A DNA stretch of 64,000 nt from Rebecca billardiae RCC1528 (Eukaryota; Protista; Haptophyta), in NCBI GenBank assembly GCA_965240325.2, contig OZ251227.1, forward strand, positions 992,001 through 1,056,000, read 5' to 3'. Numbering within the stretch: position 1 is the first letter of the stretch; each line of letters begins with the position of its first letter. Shown piece after piece: positions 12,742-24,978 of the stretch. Made by a program: the position numbers and the translations under genes. Below the pieces are notes generated by a model, which saw nothing but the letters and a program-made list of their open reading frames with translations, was not told where the DNA came from and ran no database searches.

Positions 12742-15700
12742 TCGACGTGCGCGCCGTCGACGAGGCTCTCGAACGGGGGTGCGAGCACGTCCTCCTCGAG
12801 CGAGCTGTACGTGTTCAGGCCGTGGCACGCGTACGCGCCCTCGTCGGAGGCGCCGGCGGCCCCCACGAGCGCCTGCGCCACGCACGCGAGGTGGGAGAGC
12901 CCCACGCCCGACTCGAAGGCCGAGCTCACGACGCACTTGGCGCCGTTGGCGCGCGCGCGCCGCGCGAGGAGCCGGCACGGCGCGAGGCCTCCGAGCAGCG
13001 TCGGCTTGATGACGTACGCGGCGAGGCCGTCGGCGGCGCTGAGCTCGAGGAGGGCCGCCGCGTCCGCGCTCGGCGCGCGCGGCTCGCCCGGCCGCGCACC
13101 CGCCTCCGGCGCGCCGCTCGGCTGCGCGACGAGCTGCTCCCACGCCGGCACGAGCGACTCGTCGAGCGCCCAGCGCATGCCTGTGAGCGCGTGCAACCTC
13201 GGCAGCTCCGCGGCCGCCTGCAGCGGCTCCTCGATGTACTCGACCGCCGCGGGGTGCTCGAGCGCGCGCGCGAAGGCCACCGCCTCCGCCAGGCTCCACG
13301 TGCGGTTCGCGTCGAGGCGGAGCGCGCACGGCGCGCGGCGCAGCGCGCGCGCCGCTTCGTTCACGCGCGCCGCCTCGAGCGCCGGCGGCTGGCGCCCGAT
13401 CTTGAGCTTGAACGATCGGAAGCCCTCGCGCCACAGCGCGAGGAGCTCGACGCCGATGCCGGAGGCGTGGAGCGGCGCGCGCGGGGGCGTGGGCGGGAGC
13501 GCGGCCGCGCCGCTGTCCGCCTCGACGCCACTGCCGACGTCCGGCGTGGGGGCGGTGCCCGCGGACGGCTGCGCGGCCGAGCGGGCGTGCGACGCGGCGG
13601 CATCGGCCGGAGGGGCAGAGGGCACGGCGCCGCGCGCGCCCGGCGGCGGCTGCGCGGGCGGCGGCCTTGGCTGCAGCAGCAGCGCGTTGAGCGTCACGCT
13701 CGAGGCCACGCTCGGCGTGGCGCACGCGCCCGCCGCGCCGCGCGGGCCGGCGCTCGGTGCGCGCGCGGCGCTCGGGGGCTCGGCGGAGGCAAAGGTGGCG
13801 CACAGCAGCCGCGTCAGCGCGAGCGGGCCGGGGCTACGGGCGGCCGCCTCGGCGCCGGAGCTGCCGTCCGGCGGCGGCGTCGCGCTGAGCAGCTGGCACG
13901 CTGCCTGCTGCACCGCGCAGCGCGCGGACGGCGGCAGCTGCAGCCGCGCGGCCGTGGGCGCGTCGAAGGGCCAGCAGTGCAGCTCGGCGTCGGACAGCTC
14001 GGCGGAGGGCCAGCTCACGCGCGCGCCGCGCAGCGCGGCGGCTGCGCGCTGGAGCGCCGCGTGCGCGTCCGCCGCACCCTCGGCGTGAAAGCCGGGCAGC
14101 GGCGATGCCTCGCCAACGCCCCGTGCGCGGCGGCCGACCGGCGCGTCGGGCGCGCCTGCCGCCGAGGGGGCGGCGGCTTCGGACGCCGCCTCGAGCACGA
14201 GCAGCGAGCCGCGCCGGCTGAGCAGCTGGCCGCCGCGCGCGAGCGTGAGTGGCGCGCGCAGCCGCAGCTCAAAAGGGCGCACGCGCGCGCTCGCGATCTG
14301 CGCGGAGAAAGGCGTGGCCGGCACGGGCGGCGCGGGGCTGGGCGCGAGCGGTGGCGAGTCGGCGTGCGCCGCGCCGCCGCGCACGGCTTTGCCCGCCGCC
14401 GCAGCCGGCGCGCGCACGGCCCGCAGCAGGGCGCACAGCTCGCGCGCCACCGCGGGCGCCGCCTCGGTGAGCACAGCGTGCCCCGACTCTGCCACCGCCA
14501 CGCACCGCACGCCGCCAGCCGGCATGGGGGCGGGGGGCGGGGTGTGCGCCGGCGCGGCGCTCGGGCGCGGCGGCGCGCCGGCCTCGGAGCCGAGCACCTC
14601 GCCCAGCCGCGCGCCGATGGCGGCGTACTTGCCGTCCTCCGCGCCGTGCACGTACAGCAGGCGAACGCCCGCGGCACGGAGCTCGCCGCTCGCCAGCCAC
14701 TGCCAGCTCGAGGGCGCGCGGCCCGGGCTGAGGGCGCGGAGCACTGAGGCGGTGCGGCGGGGGCAGGCGTGGAGGCGGCGGGCGAGCATGCGCGCGTACG
14801 CGCGCGCGCGCTGCTCGGAGCGCAGGCGCGGGCCCCACACGCCCAGCGAGTACCACTCGTCCAGCGCCGCCGCCCACAGCGCCGGGCAGTCGGCGGCGGC
14901 GAGCGCGCTCGCGCGGCGCGCGTCCGCGTCCGCGCGCTCGGCGCGCGCCGCGTCCGCCTCCGGGCCCGGGTCCCCGCCGAGCAGCGCGAGGCCGACGAGC
15001 CGGACGTGCTGAGACGCAGACGCCGGCCCCGCCTCGCCGCCCGCGCCCGACTCCGCGCTCGCGCTCAGCAGCCGCTGCGCCGCGTGCAGCGCGACGCGTG
15101 CGCCGAGGCTGTACCCCACCAGCACGACGTCATGGCCCGCGCACACGCGCCGCAGCAGCGCGCACACGCTCGCCGACGTGCCCTCCATCGTGGGCAGGAG
15201 CGCCTCCTCGTCGGCGCGCGCGGCGGCGCCGCCGCCGCGCCGCGCCGCGCGCGCGCCCGGCCCGACGGCCAGGCCCGACGGCTGCGCCGCCGAGTGCGCG
15301 CCGCCGAATCCGCCCAACGTGCCCTCGGCGGCGGAGGGCGCGCCGCACGGCGCGGCGTCGGCGGTGCGGTGTGGCGCCCACCGCGGCGTGCGGCCGTGGC
15401 CGGGCAGATCGATGCAGAGCGTGCGCAGCTCGGCGTGCGCGGCGTGCGCGCCGGCGAGGCCCGAGCCCGCCTCCGCCCCGAGCTCGGCGCGCACCATCCC
15501 CACCACCTCCGCCCAGTCCGCCGCGCAGCCAAACTGCCCGTGCACGCACGCGAGCGCGAGCGGACGCGCGGAGCCGCCGCGGGCGGCGCGCGGCGGCGGC
15601 TCGAGCGGGGCGAGGAGCGAGGGCGAGGCGCTCCACGCGAGCCGCGCGCCACGCGCCGCGGCGCGCTCGACCGCGCGCCGCGCCGCGGCCGCCAGCCGGC

Positions 15701-18700
15701 CGTGCAGCGGCGCGACGTCGGAGCGGCGCGTGCGCACCTCGAGCAGCGCGCACCCGCCGTGGGCGCGCGCCGAGCGCACCGCGCGCGCGTACGCGTCGTC
15801 CAGCTCGCCCAGCGTGGCCGCGGCGCAGTGCGCCAGGCCGAAGGCGGCGCAGAGCGCGGAGAAGTCCACGGCGTGCGGCGAGTCGAAGTACGGCGTGAGC
15901 AGCTCCGGCCGCGAGCCGATCGGCAGCATCGAGAAGATGCCGCCGCCGCCGTTGTTCACAATCACCACGACCAGCGGGCACGCGGCCGCAGCCGAGGCGC
16001 TCGCGAGCGTGTGCAGCGACGACGCGTCGTGCAGTGCAGAGACGTCGCCGAGCAGGAGGGTGGTGCTGCGCGCGCGGCCGCCCCGCGCGTACCCCGCCGC
16101 GGTCGCGAGCAGCCCGTCGATGCCGCTCGCGCCGCGGTTGGCCGCCGCGTGCACGCTGGACGTGTGCGCGCCGCAGGCCGCGCCCGGCGCGCGCGCGCCG
16201 CCCGCCGGCGGCTCGGCGCCGCTGGGGCCGGGGCTGGGCAGCGCGGAGGGCACGTGCGCGCCCGGCGCGAACATGTCGCACTCGCGGATCGGCATCGAGT
16301 TGCCCACGATGAAGCCGTCGCCCGGCGGCAGCAGCTGCAGCAGCCGCCGCGCCAGCAGCGGCTCAGACAGCGGCAGCTGCAGCAACGGCGAGCGGTCCGA
16401 GTCCGAGTCGGCGCGCGGCGCGGCGGCGGCGGCCCCGGCGCCCGCCTCGGCCTCGGCTGCCGGCGGCGGCGGCGGCGGCGTGGAGTGCGTCTCCGCGGCG
16501 TGCTCGCGCGCCGCGCGCAGCATCTCGCGCTCCACCTCCGCCTCCACCTCGGCGCACACCGCCTGCAGCGGCAGCAGCGCGCTCGGCTGCGGCAGCGCGG
16601 CCCGGAGCACCGCGTCCACGCCCATCACAATCTCGGCGGGCGAGCCGACCACGCGCAGCGTCACCGAGTGCGCGGGGTCAAGCCTCTCGCCGCCGCGCGC
16701 GACGAGGGCGTGCGCGCGCGCGCCGCACTCCGCGAGGAACGTGGCGGTGCGCTTGGACACGAGCCGCGTGCCGAACTGCAGCAGCACGTCCGGCGCGGCG
16801 CCGAAGCGCGCGATCGGCGAGTGGAGCGCAAGGTCCCAGCAGCCGAGCAGCGGCGCGCGAGACGCGCCGCCGTCGAGCCGCAGCCCAGAGGTGATGTCGG
16901 CGACGAGCGGCCATGCAATCATGCGCGCGAGGAGGCTCACCGCCTCGCGGTCGCGCTCGTCCGGCAGCGAGCCCGCCACGATCAGCCCGCGCCGCGCGCT
17001 GCGCACCAGCGCCGCCAGCGCGTACACAGGGTCGGACGGATGCGCGGGGGGCGCAGCCGAGCTGCCGACTGCGTGCGCGCACGCCGCGTGCCGCTCGCCG
17101 ACGGCGCCGGCGGAGCCTGAGCCGTCCAGTCGGAGGTGGAGCTGCACCGAGGGCGTCGCCGCCCCCGCCGCGTCGACGCCGTCGTCGTCGTGCCGCCCGC
17201 CCGCCGCGTCGAGCGCGTCGCGCGCGCCCGCGCGCTCGGCGGCGGCCGCATCCGCCGCGTCGGCCGCTGCGGCAAACGCGCGCGCGGCCGCGTGGCTGTG
17301 CTCGGCGTGCACGCGCTCGGCGGCCGCGCCGGCGGCGACGGCGGGCGCGTGCACGGTGAACGGGCGGCGCGAGCGGAGCCACGCCTGCACGCGCTCGCCG
17401 CGCAGGCACGCCGCCGCGTCCCACGCCGTCGCAGCGAACGGCTCGAGCGGCTCTCTGAACATGCAGTTGAGGTGGACCGGCCCCGACGCGCCGTGCGCGT
17501 GCGCCGCGTGCAGCGCGCTGTCCACGTCTGTGAGCAGCGAGCGCAGCCCGAGGGAAGTGCCGTCGGGCGGCGGCACGTCGACGAAGCGCCGCGCGTACGC
17601 GCCGAACAGGTGCACCTGGTCGATCGCCTGGTTCGCCCCCGCCGCGCGCAGCTCGGGCGGCCGGTCGGCCGTGAGCAGCAGCAGCGGCACGCGCTCCGCG
17701 CTCGCCTCGACGGCGGCCGGCAGCAGATTCGCCACGGCAGTGCCGGAGGTGACGACGACGGCGGCGGCGCGGCCCAAGGCGCGCGCGTACCCGAGCGCGT
17801 AGAACGCGGCGGAGCGCTCGTCGTGCACCACCACCGTGCGCACGCCCGCGTGCGCCGCGGCCGCCGCCGTGATCGGCGTCGAGCGCGAGCCGGGGCAGAT
17901 GACAAACAGAGCCACCCCGTGCCGCGCACACTCCTCCACCAGCGCGCAGCCGTGCAGCGCGTTCGGGCTCGGGAGCGAGGCGTACTGCAGCGGCGGGGCG
18001 AAGAGCGCGCGGAAGTTGCGCATCTTGTCCGCGCACTCGCCGAACTCCGCGTCCGCGTCGCTGCCGCGCACGATCCCCGCCCCCGCGAACAGCAGCAGCC
18101 GGCGCGGCGCGCGCAGCAGCGCGGAGCGGATCGCCACGCAGAAGTCGGCGCGGCCGCGCGAGATGTAACCGAACGGGCCGGAGTACCAGCCGCGGTCTGA
18201 AGGCTCGAGGCTGCGGATCAAGTCGCGCGCGACGAGGTGCGGCTGCCCGCACACCGCCGGCGTCGGGTGCAGCAGCGACACGAGCTGCAAGGCGGCGCGC
18301 ACCGAGCGCCGCCGATCAGGGACAGCAGTGCTGTCGCCGCCGCCAGCGCCGGCGCCGCCGCCGGCGCCGCCGCCGCGCTCGCCGGCGTGCTCGCCCGCGT
18401 CCTTGCCGTCGGCGAGCTCGTCAGCGGCGCTCCCGTTCGCGCGGCGCTCCTCCGCGCCCGCCAGCGCGTGCTCCGCGCGCAGCGTCCCCGCGAACGGCGC
18501 GTACAGGTGCTGCACGTGCCGCAGCCTGAGCAGCTGCGGCGCGTCGGGGCCGGCGACGCGCGCGCACACCGCGCCCAGCCTCTCTCGCACATACGTGCGG
18601 ACGGAGGCGTTCTCCGCCTGCTCCTTCGCCGAGCCGAGGAGCTCGTCCGCGAGGCGCGCGTCCTCCGCCTCGGTCGCGCCGCGCCGCCGCGTGCCCGCCA

Positions 18701-18838
18701 CCGCCTCCGTGCGCACCGCCGCGCCCTCCGCCACGAAGAGCCGCTCAGGCGAGCAGCCGAGGAAGGCCGCGTGCGCGCTGGGCTGCAGGCAGAAGAGAGA
18801 GCCGTGACGCTCGGCGGCGCGGGGGCGGAGGCCGCCGC

Positions 18839-18870
<32 letters not shown>

Positions 18871-19718
18871 GCCGCCGCCCCGCCGCCGCCGTGCTGCGCC
18901 CCCCCGCCGCCGCCGCCGTGCGCGGAGGCGGAGTTGGAGGCGGAGTTCTCGCTCGAGAAGTCGAGGATGGCGCTCAGGATGTCCAGGGGGTCTGCCTCGT
19001 CAGAGAGCGTGCAGAGCGTGCGGCGGGAGAGCACCGCCTTGGTCGCCTCGCCCGAGTCGAACGCGCGGAAGACCGCCTGCACGCTCGCGCGCCACTCCTC
19101 GCGGCTCGTCACCTCGTCCTCGCGCTCCACGCTGGGCAGGTGCGCCGCGCTCGCTGAGGCGGAGGGCACCGCGCCGTGCACCGCGCGCAGCGCGCCGCAG
19201 CGCGCGCGCTCCCAGCTCGCCTCGGACGCGGGGTCCCAGCGGAGGTGGCACGCCAGGTAGCTGCGCCCGTCGTGCGACTGCAGCTCGACGGCCGGCAGCA
19301 CGAAGCGATATGCCCGGAACTCCGCCCAGTCGGCGTCGGGCGCGCTCTCGGCGTCAAAGCGCGCGCCGCCGATCAGGCGCATCCGCTCGTGCCACGCGTC
19401 GACGGGCGGCCAGTGCGGCGCGTCCGGGTCGACGGGCCCGTCCCCGCTCACTGAGACGCACTCGCCCACCCCCGCCACGCACACCGAGAGCGTGCGGTTG
19501 CGGAAGTACACGCGCGGGTACGAGTGCTGCAGCCGCAGCCAGAAGATCGGGTCGATCTCGTGGCCGCCGAGCTCGACCTCGATGCGCAGGTAGCCGAGGT
19601 CGCGCGCGCACGAGGGTGGCTGTGTGATCTCCGCCACCGCGTCGTGCAGCAGGCGGTGCGCCTTCCACAGTGGCAACGCGCCCGGCGCGTGCACCGCCAC
19701 GCACGGAGGCTGTGCCAT
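12693..19718 (-). CDS. PHYLLO: PHYLLO-like multifunctional phylloquinone/menaquinone enzyme: MenF-MenD-MenH-MenC
   Basis: MenF: LHPTPAVCG, RGWYSGPFG, VAIRSAL, AGAGIV. MenD: CPGSRSTP, DERSAAFYALG, TSGTAVANL, TADRPPEL, NSMPIR, NRGASGIDG, GDVSALHD, NNGGGGIF. MenH: HGQFG, DLPGHG, GYSLGAR, EDGKY, SGHAV. MenC: GEASPLPG, FKLKIG, LRLDAN, YIEEP, ALDES, IKPTLLGG. Single ORF from ATG 19718. Confidence 0.95.
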
Positions 19719-20588
19719 GGCGCACTCGCGTCCGTGCGTGCAGTCGCGAGAATCTGGAGCCAATACTGTAGCTGCCAATAGCGTATGTAATTTGCGCCTG
19801 ATTATGGGCTCGCGCGAAGTCGCGACGAGGCCGCGTGGCCATCGTCCGCGGTCTTCGCTCGCGCTTCGTGAAAAAGCGCGCGAATGCCAACGGCCTTTTC
19901 TTCTCGCGAATTCAACATGACGCGGATAAATGCAAACCGAGGCCCCAGCCCCCCACTGGCGAGCGCAACGGTGACAACGTACTCGTATGCCGCCGCCGCT
20001 ACTGTGGCCGAGTGGGAGTACTGGCGTGCTCTTGCGTCTGATGTCATGGGTTCAAAACCAGTTTCCAGGTCTCTCTTCGGAGAGCGTGCGATGAAGGATG
20101 GCGCGGCAACCTGCCACCGTGAGCCTTACGCACGTCATAATAAAACAAATAAACTGTAGCAGTGCAAATTACTACTGAAGTCTAAGTACTATGACGCTGA
20201 GCACTAGAACGCGCGCGTCAGTCGCATCCGCAACGGCACGCGATCATCCTGCGCGAGCACCTAGTTCAGGGAGAGAGAGAGAAGACTGCGCAGCGGCTTG
20301 CATTTGCAAGCAAGGCGCGTGAGGCTGAGGGCCCAATGGCTGCGTTGTCCCGGCCTCGCGTGATGATGATGCCAGCACATCCGACATCGGACGTACCGCT
20401 CAGCAAGATAGCGCCGATAGACGCACGCCGACACGAGAGAGCGAGCACACCGGCGGCGAGTGGGCGCCGACAGCCGCCTTCCGACGATGTACACTGGTAG
20501 CCGCTATCAGCCGCCTCACAAACTGCGTTGGCTGGCGGCGTCAACCCGGGAGGCGGGAGGCGCCACGCTGCCAGCGGCTCAGAGCCAC

Positions 20589-21485
20589 TCACTTCTTGGC
20601 CTTGCCCGAGCGCGTGCGCTTCACGGCGCGCATGCCACCGTCGCCGTCGGCCGCGGCGGCATCCCTCACCATGTCCAGGAAGTGCGCGTGCCACGTCAGA
20701 TCGTCCGTGAGCTCGGGGTGGAAGGCGGTCGCCAGCAGCGGGCCCTGCTGCACGGCGACAATAATCTGCGCGCCGTGGCTGCTGCTCGGCGCGCCCTCCG
20801 GGCAGAGGCCGGTGGTCTGCTCCTTGCAGCCGACCTGGTGCTCCTTGAGCAGGGCCGCCTCGCGCTCGTCCGCCTCGAGAGTCGCCAGCACCGACACGCC
20901 CTCGTTCGCGCGGAGCACGGCGGGCGCCCGGATGAAGACGTGCGTGTACGTGCCGTCGCTGTTGGCGCTCTTCGGGCAGGTGGTCGCGCCGTCCGCGCCG
21001 TGGCCGGCGCGCTGCAGCGACACGCCGCTCGCGAGGCGCACCGGGCGCTCAGCGCTGTCGATCTGCCTCCCGAAGAAGTTGCGGTGCACGAGCACGTTCA
21101 GCCCGCCGATGACGGACTGCCCGCCCTGCTTCTGCCCGGTGACCTCCTCGGAGAGAAAGATGAGGCCAGCGCACGTGCCAAAGACCGGCCGGCCCGACGC
21201 GACGAATGCCCTGAGGGGCTCGACCAGGTCGAGGGTGCGGGCAACGATCGCCATCGTCGTCGACTCACCACCGGGGATGATCAGCCCGTCCAACTCCGGG
21301 CGCAGGTCAGATGCTTGCCGGACCTCTGTGCAGCGCGCGCCAAGCCGGCCGAGCGCGTGCGCGTGCTCGACAAAGGCGCCCTGCAGCGCGAGCACGCCAA
21401 TGTGCGGTGCGTCGTCGGCGATCAGACCCCCGGCCTTATCCGGGAGCAGATTCTTCAGCCTGGGCACGGCGTCGCTCGCTGCCAT
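20589..21485 (-). CDS. PDX2: Pyridoxal 5'-phosphate synthase glutaminase subunit
   Basis: IGVLALQG, IIPGGESTT, FGTCAGLI, RNFFGRQ, FIRAP, AFHPEL motifs. Confidence 0.95.
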   Translation of the reverse strand: MAASDAVPRLKNLLPDKAGGLIADDAPHIGVLALQGAFVEHAHALGRLGARCTEVRQASDLRPELDGLIIPGGESTTMAIVARTLDLVEPLRAFVASGRPVFGTCAGLIFLSEEVTGQKQGGQSVIGGLNVLVHRNFFGRQIDSAERPVRLASGVSLQRAGHGADGATTCPKSANSDGTYTHVFIRAPAVLRANEGVSVLATLEADEREAALLKEHQVGCKEQTTGLCPEGAPSSSHGAQIIVAVQQGPLLATAFHPELTDDLTWHAHFLDMVRDAAAADGDGGMRAVKRTRSGKAKK

Positions 21486-21805
21486 GGTGTTCGAGGGATC
21501 ACGGGAAAAACGCACGTGGACGGGTAGGGACGGCCCTGCTGCCACAGCGCGTCGCACGCGCTCAACCACGCGGTGTGGGCGGCAACGTGGGCGCAACTAC
21601 TGTAAGGAATGACCAACGTGTTCAGACTGCCTTCGGGAATCTCGGTCAACCAGGTCGAATCAACGCGCACGGGCTCGGAACGATGGCGGCAGGCACGGCC
21701 ATCCGCGCCTAATCCAACAGGAGCTGATCTGACCCATCCGTGCGCGACGCCCGGCGACGGTCCCCCGTCGAGCGCGACGCACTTCTGTGCCGAGGCGATG
21801 CCTAT

Positions 21806-22678
21806 CTACAGCTCGAGCGTCTGCTGCAGCCACGCTGGCGGGCGCACGACGCGACCCGTGTCTGCATTAAAGCAGACGACCGTCATCAGCGCGCGTGCCA
21901 TGAGCACAGGCTCACCGCCAAGGCCACTGTGCCAGAGCGCCTGGTCGAACACGATTCGCGACCCCTTGCCGTGTGCGCTCGAGCGTAGCTGCAACCCGGG
22001 CTCGCCTGCCCGCATCGCGGCCAGTGGTCGGAAGAAACGGAGCTGGTCGGTGCGTGCGATCGCGCAGCCAACACCGCCATCGAGCGCGCGCGCGAGCTCC
22101 GTTGGCCCACCGATCATAGACGATCGATGGCGCTCCATCGCGCGAACGACGGCGGTGGCACTGAGACCACCCGTTCGCGCATCAATGTCCTCCCACCAGA
22201 CGTCGAACGGCATCGTGCTCTCGTGGGAGGTATTCGAGACGCCCTGCGGCTCGTGGCCATCCGTGGGCTCCATCGACGAGAGTGCCGGCGCTTCGGGTGA
22301 GAAGGATGCCTGTGCGCGCGCGATCTGCTCGGAGCCTCGCATAAACTCGTGCTCGAGCACGAGGCCGTCCTCATCAGGAGTTTCGGACGCACTGGTTCTC
22401 ACCTCCAGCTCATCGCCCAGCCGCGCGGGCTTCAGGTAGTCGAGGCGGGCGACGTGGGTGAGGTGATGCGAAGCGTCCAGCCCAGAAGACGCGAGATGGC
22501 GCTCGCCCGCGCGACACACCAGCTTCACGTAGTTCGCGTGGTATAGCACGCCGAAGCAGTCCGTGTCTTCTGTAAACACGACATGACGCAGCGCCGAGCG
22601 CCCGACGCCGATCCTTCCCGCTGTCGCTGCTGCCGCCGCCGCCGCGAACGTGCTCACAAGTACTCCGGACGCAGCCAT
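21806..22678 (-). CDS. Double hot-dog acyl-CoA thioesterase (YbgC/4HBT-I type)
   Basis: EDTDCFGVLYHANY and LDYLKPARLGDELEV motifs; second degenerate hot-dog domain (VWWEDID...VVCFNADTGRVVRPP). Confidence 0.8.
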   Translation of the reverse strand: MAASGVLVSTFAAAAAAATAGRIGVGRSALRHVVFTEDTDCFGVLYHANYVKLVCRAGERHLASSGLDASHHLTHVARLDYLKPARLGDELEVRTSASETPDEDGLVLEHEFMRGSEQIARAQASFSPEAPALSSMEPTDGHEPQGVSNTSHESTMPFDVWWEDIDARTGGLSATAVVRAMERHRSSMIGGPTELARALDGGVGCAIARTDQLRFFRPLAAMRAGEPGLQLRSSAHGKGSRIVFDQALWHSGLGGEPVLMARALMTVVCFNADTGRVVRPPAWLQQTLEL

Positions 22679-22971
22679 CGAGCTGCACGCACGTTTGCGG
22701 TTGCCGCTGCTCGCCAGCGCGGTCTGTTGCGATCGAAAGTCTGAACTCATCATCCGGGAACAACGACAGGCCAATCACAGCCGATGAAGTCGCAAATCTG
22801 CTTCGTCATCACGAAAATAATCACGACCCACGGACTGCTTCGAACACGCTGCGCACACGGACGCCGCAAACCGACACGGCGGGAGAGTGCCGTGGAGGCG
22901 GGAAGAGGAGTGGCCGGCCGCTGGGGCGACGGTCGAGGCGGGAAGCGGAACGGCCACCTGGGGGCTACAGT

Positions 22972-23748
22972 ATGCTCAACGCGGTGGCGCAGCATTCGCA
23001 CAAGGTGAGCGCGCACTACAATACACACTGTGCGAGCAGCTCGCACGACTGCGAGGAGCTCGAATCACTCGTGACGCGCGCCGTGCTCTCCACGGCCATG
23101 CTCCACGGCCTCCTGCTCGCAGACGCGTTCGGTGTGAGCGCACTCGTGCGGCTGCAGCTTGGTGCGCTGGCCAACTGGGTGATGTCTTTAGCGAGGAGAC
23201 TGCCGCCAGTGCTCAGCCCGACAACATACACGACTTGCCTCTTCACGATTGTCGGACGCGGCACGCACCTCCTGCGCGCGAAGCACGCAAACACGCTGGT
23301 CGAGGAGTTCATCGAGGAGCTGCACTTGCTGCTCTCGCTCTGGTCGGGCGGCTTATCGTGGCTCTTCTCGTCGCTCGGCACCATCCTGAACTGGTGGCTC
23401 GTCGCGGACTGGATCGTCCTCATCTACGGCTGCGTGCAGTACGTCCGCGGCCTGCGCCGAGAGCTCGAGCGCGAGCCGGAGCTCATGCGAGTCGCACGCA
23501 AAGCGCGGGACCGGATTGGCCGGCGCACCCCTGTGGAGCAGCGGGAGCCAGAGCTCGACGACACCTGCGCGATCTGCCTGGACGATCTGGCGCCGTCCGA
23601 AGCGGGCGGCGTCTCGCGCACGAGCGAGCTGACGTTCTGCAAGTTTGGCTGCGGCAAGGCATGCCACCAGCGCTGCCTGCGGCAGTGGCTCGCGTACTCA
23701 CAGCGTTGCCCCAATTGCCTGACGCACTGGCAGCGTGCTCACGAGTGA
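22972..23748 (+). CDS. Membrane-associated RING finger protein (putative E3 ligase)
   Basis: Hydrophobic segments, then CAICLDD...CKFGCGKACHQRC...CPNC. Confidence 0.8.
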   Translation: MLNAVAQHSHKVSAHYNTHCASSSHDCEELESLVTRAVLSTAMLHGLLLADAFGVSALVRLQLGALANWVMSLARRLPPVLSPTTYTTCLFTIVGRGTHLLRAKHANTLVEEFIEELHLLLSLWSGGLSWLFSSLGTILNWWLVADWIVLIYGCVQYVRGLRRELEREPELMRVARKARDRIGRRTPVEQREPELDDTCAICLDDLAPSEAGGVSRTSELTFCKFGCGKACHQRCLRQWLAYSQRCPNCLTHWQRAHE

Positions 23749-24978
23749 CCACTGCCGGCGAAGTGATGCTGCCGCCACGCCCAGGTCGTGCCAGGATGGG
23801 TAAGTGATAGTGCCCGCTAGCACACCGTGTAACTATCTTAGGAACTCTCAATTAGGGACTTACTATGATAATATGAAGCCGTGAAGCGCCAGTCTTATAC
23901 TTTATAATAATAGTAAATAATTGCGTCGCCCGATATTCTTGAATATATTAAATTGACGCCGGTAGCTCCGATGTAGTAGCCCTGCATCCGATTAGCGGTT
24001 AGTGCTGTCTGCTGAGCCCGTACTTCCGTCAGTCTTCTGCCCGATCAGCCAAGTCCGAGCGCAGTTTATTACTGGCGGACCATTTCTGGGCCATCGTCAC
24101 CGTCGTCACCGGGTGACGACTGACGAGCCCCGAGCCGTCGAGCGCGGCCCGGGTCGCACTCGTGATCGGACGAGCCGCGGCCCACTGCGGCTGACGAGTG
24201 ACGACGGTGAGTGACGATGATGATGCCAGTAGCATCAGCAGCATTGGTTTCACTTGATGATCAGATGAAGACGATCGTCACATAACTACTAGGAGAATAG
24301 TTCAAAGCCTCGGAATTGTCCGATGATTACAAAGGCCATGCCCAGAGCCCTTCCGGCCTTCACGAGACGCGCACGGGCGGCAGGACCGCCGCCCGGCGCC
24401 GCCGCCCGCCGGCGGCTGGAGATCCGGGCCAACACACGCCGTGACACGGGCACGGTGCGGGCCGGTCAGCTGGCGGCCGCTGACATTGGCAGTGCAGCAC
24501 CTGGCTGGGGCGTTGGTGAGGGCTGCGAAGGCGCCTGGCCGCATGGGGGCCGGCCGTCACTGACAGTGGTCATATTAAAGCCAGGCACCAAAGGCTGGAG
24601 ATTTCGAGCGACGTTTCATTCACTCCTTCTGAGATGCACTGGCTTTGAAAGGATTCGGCCACTTGGAGTCTCCCTTCCAGATGACCAGCAGCAGGGGCAA
24701 GCTCACAGCCCCAAGGAGAAGCTGCACACGAAGCTGTTGTGCAGCTTTCTTCGACACCATCGCCTGCGTGTGATGAGGCTGGCAGGCACTCGATGCAGCT
24801 GTCGCACAATGCTTTGAACGTCTAGGCCACTGCCCCTGCTCGACCGACTGAAGGTCCCGCGACCAGATCGGCCCGCACTCTATCGCCTCGTCGCGAGGAT
24901 CGAGCGTCGTCGGCGGAGCGACACGGCTCACACGCGCGCGATTTGCGAGATGCGCTGGGCGACAGCTGTGCATCCGGG

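Noticed and set aside
12685-19260. Long + strand ORFs (467-874 aa) opposite the Men fusion
   Set aside because: Antisense shadow frames expected at this GC content; R/A-rich with no domains.
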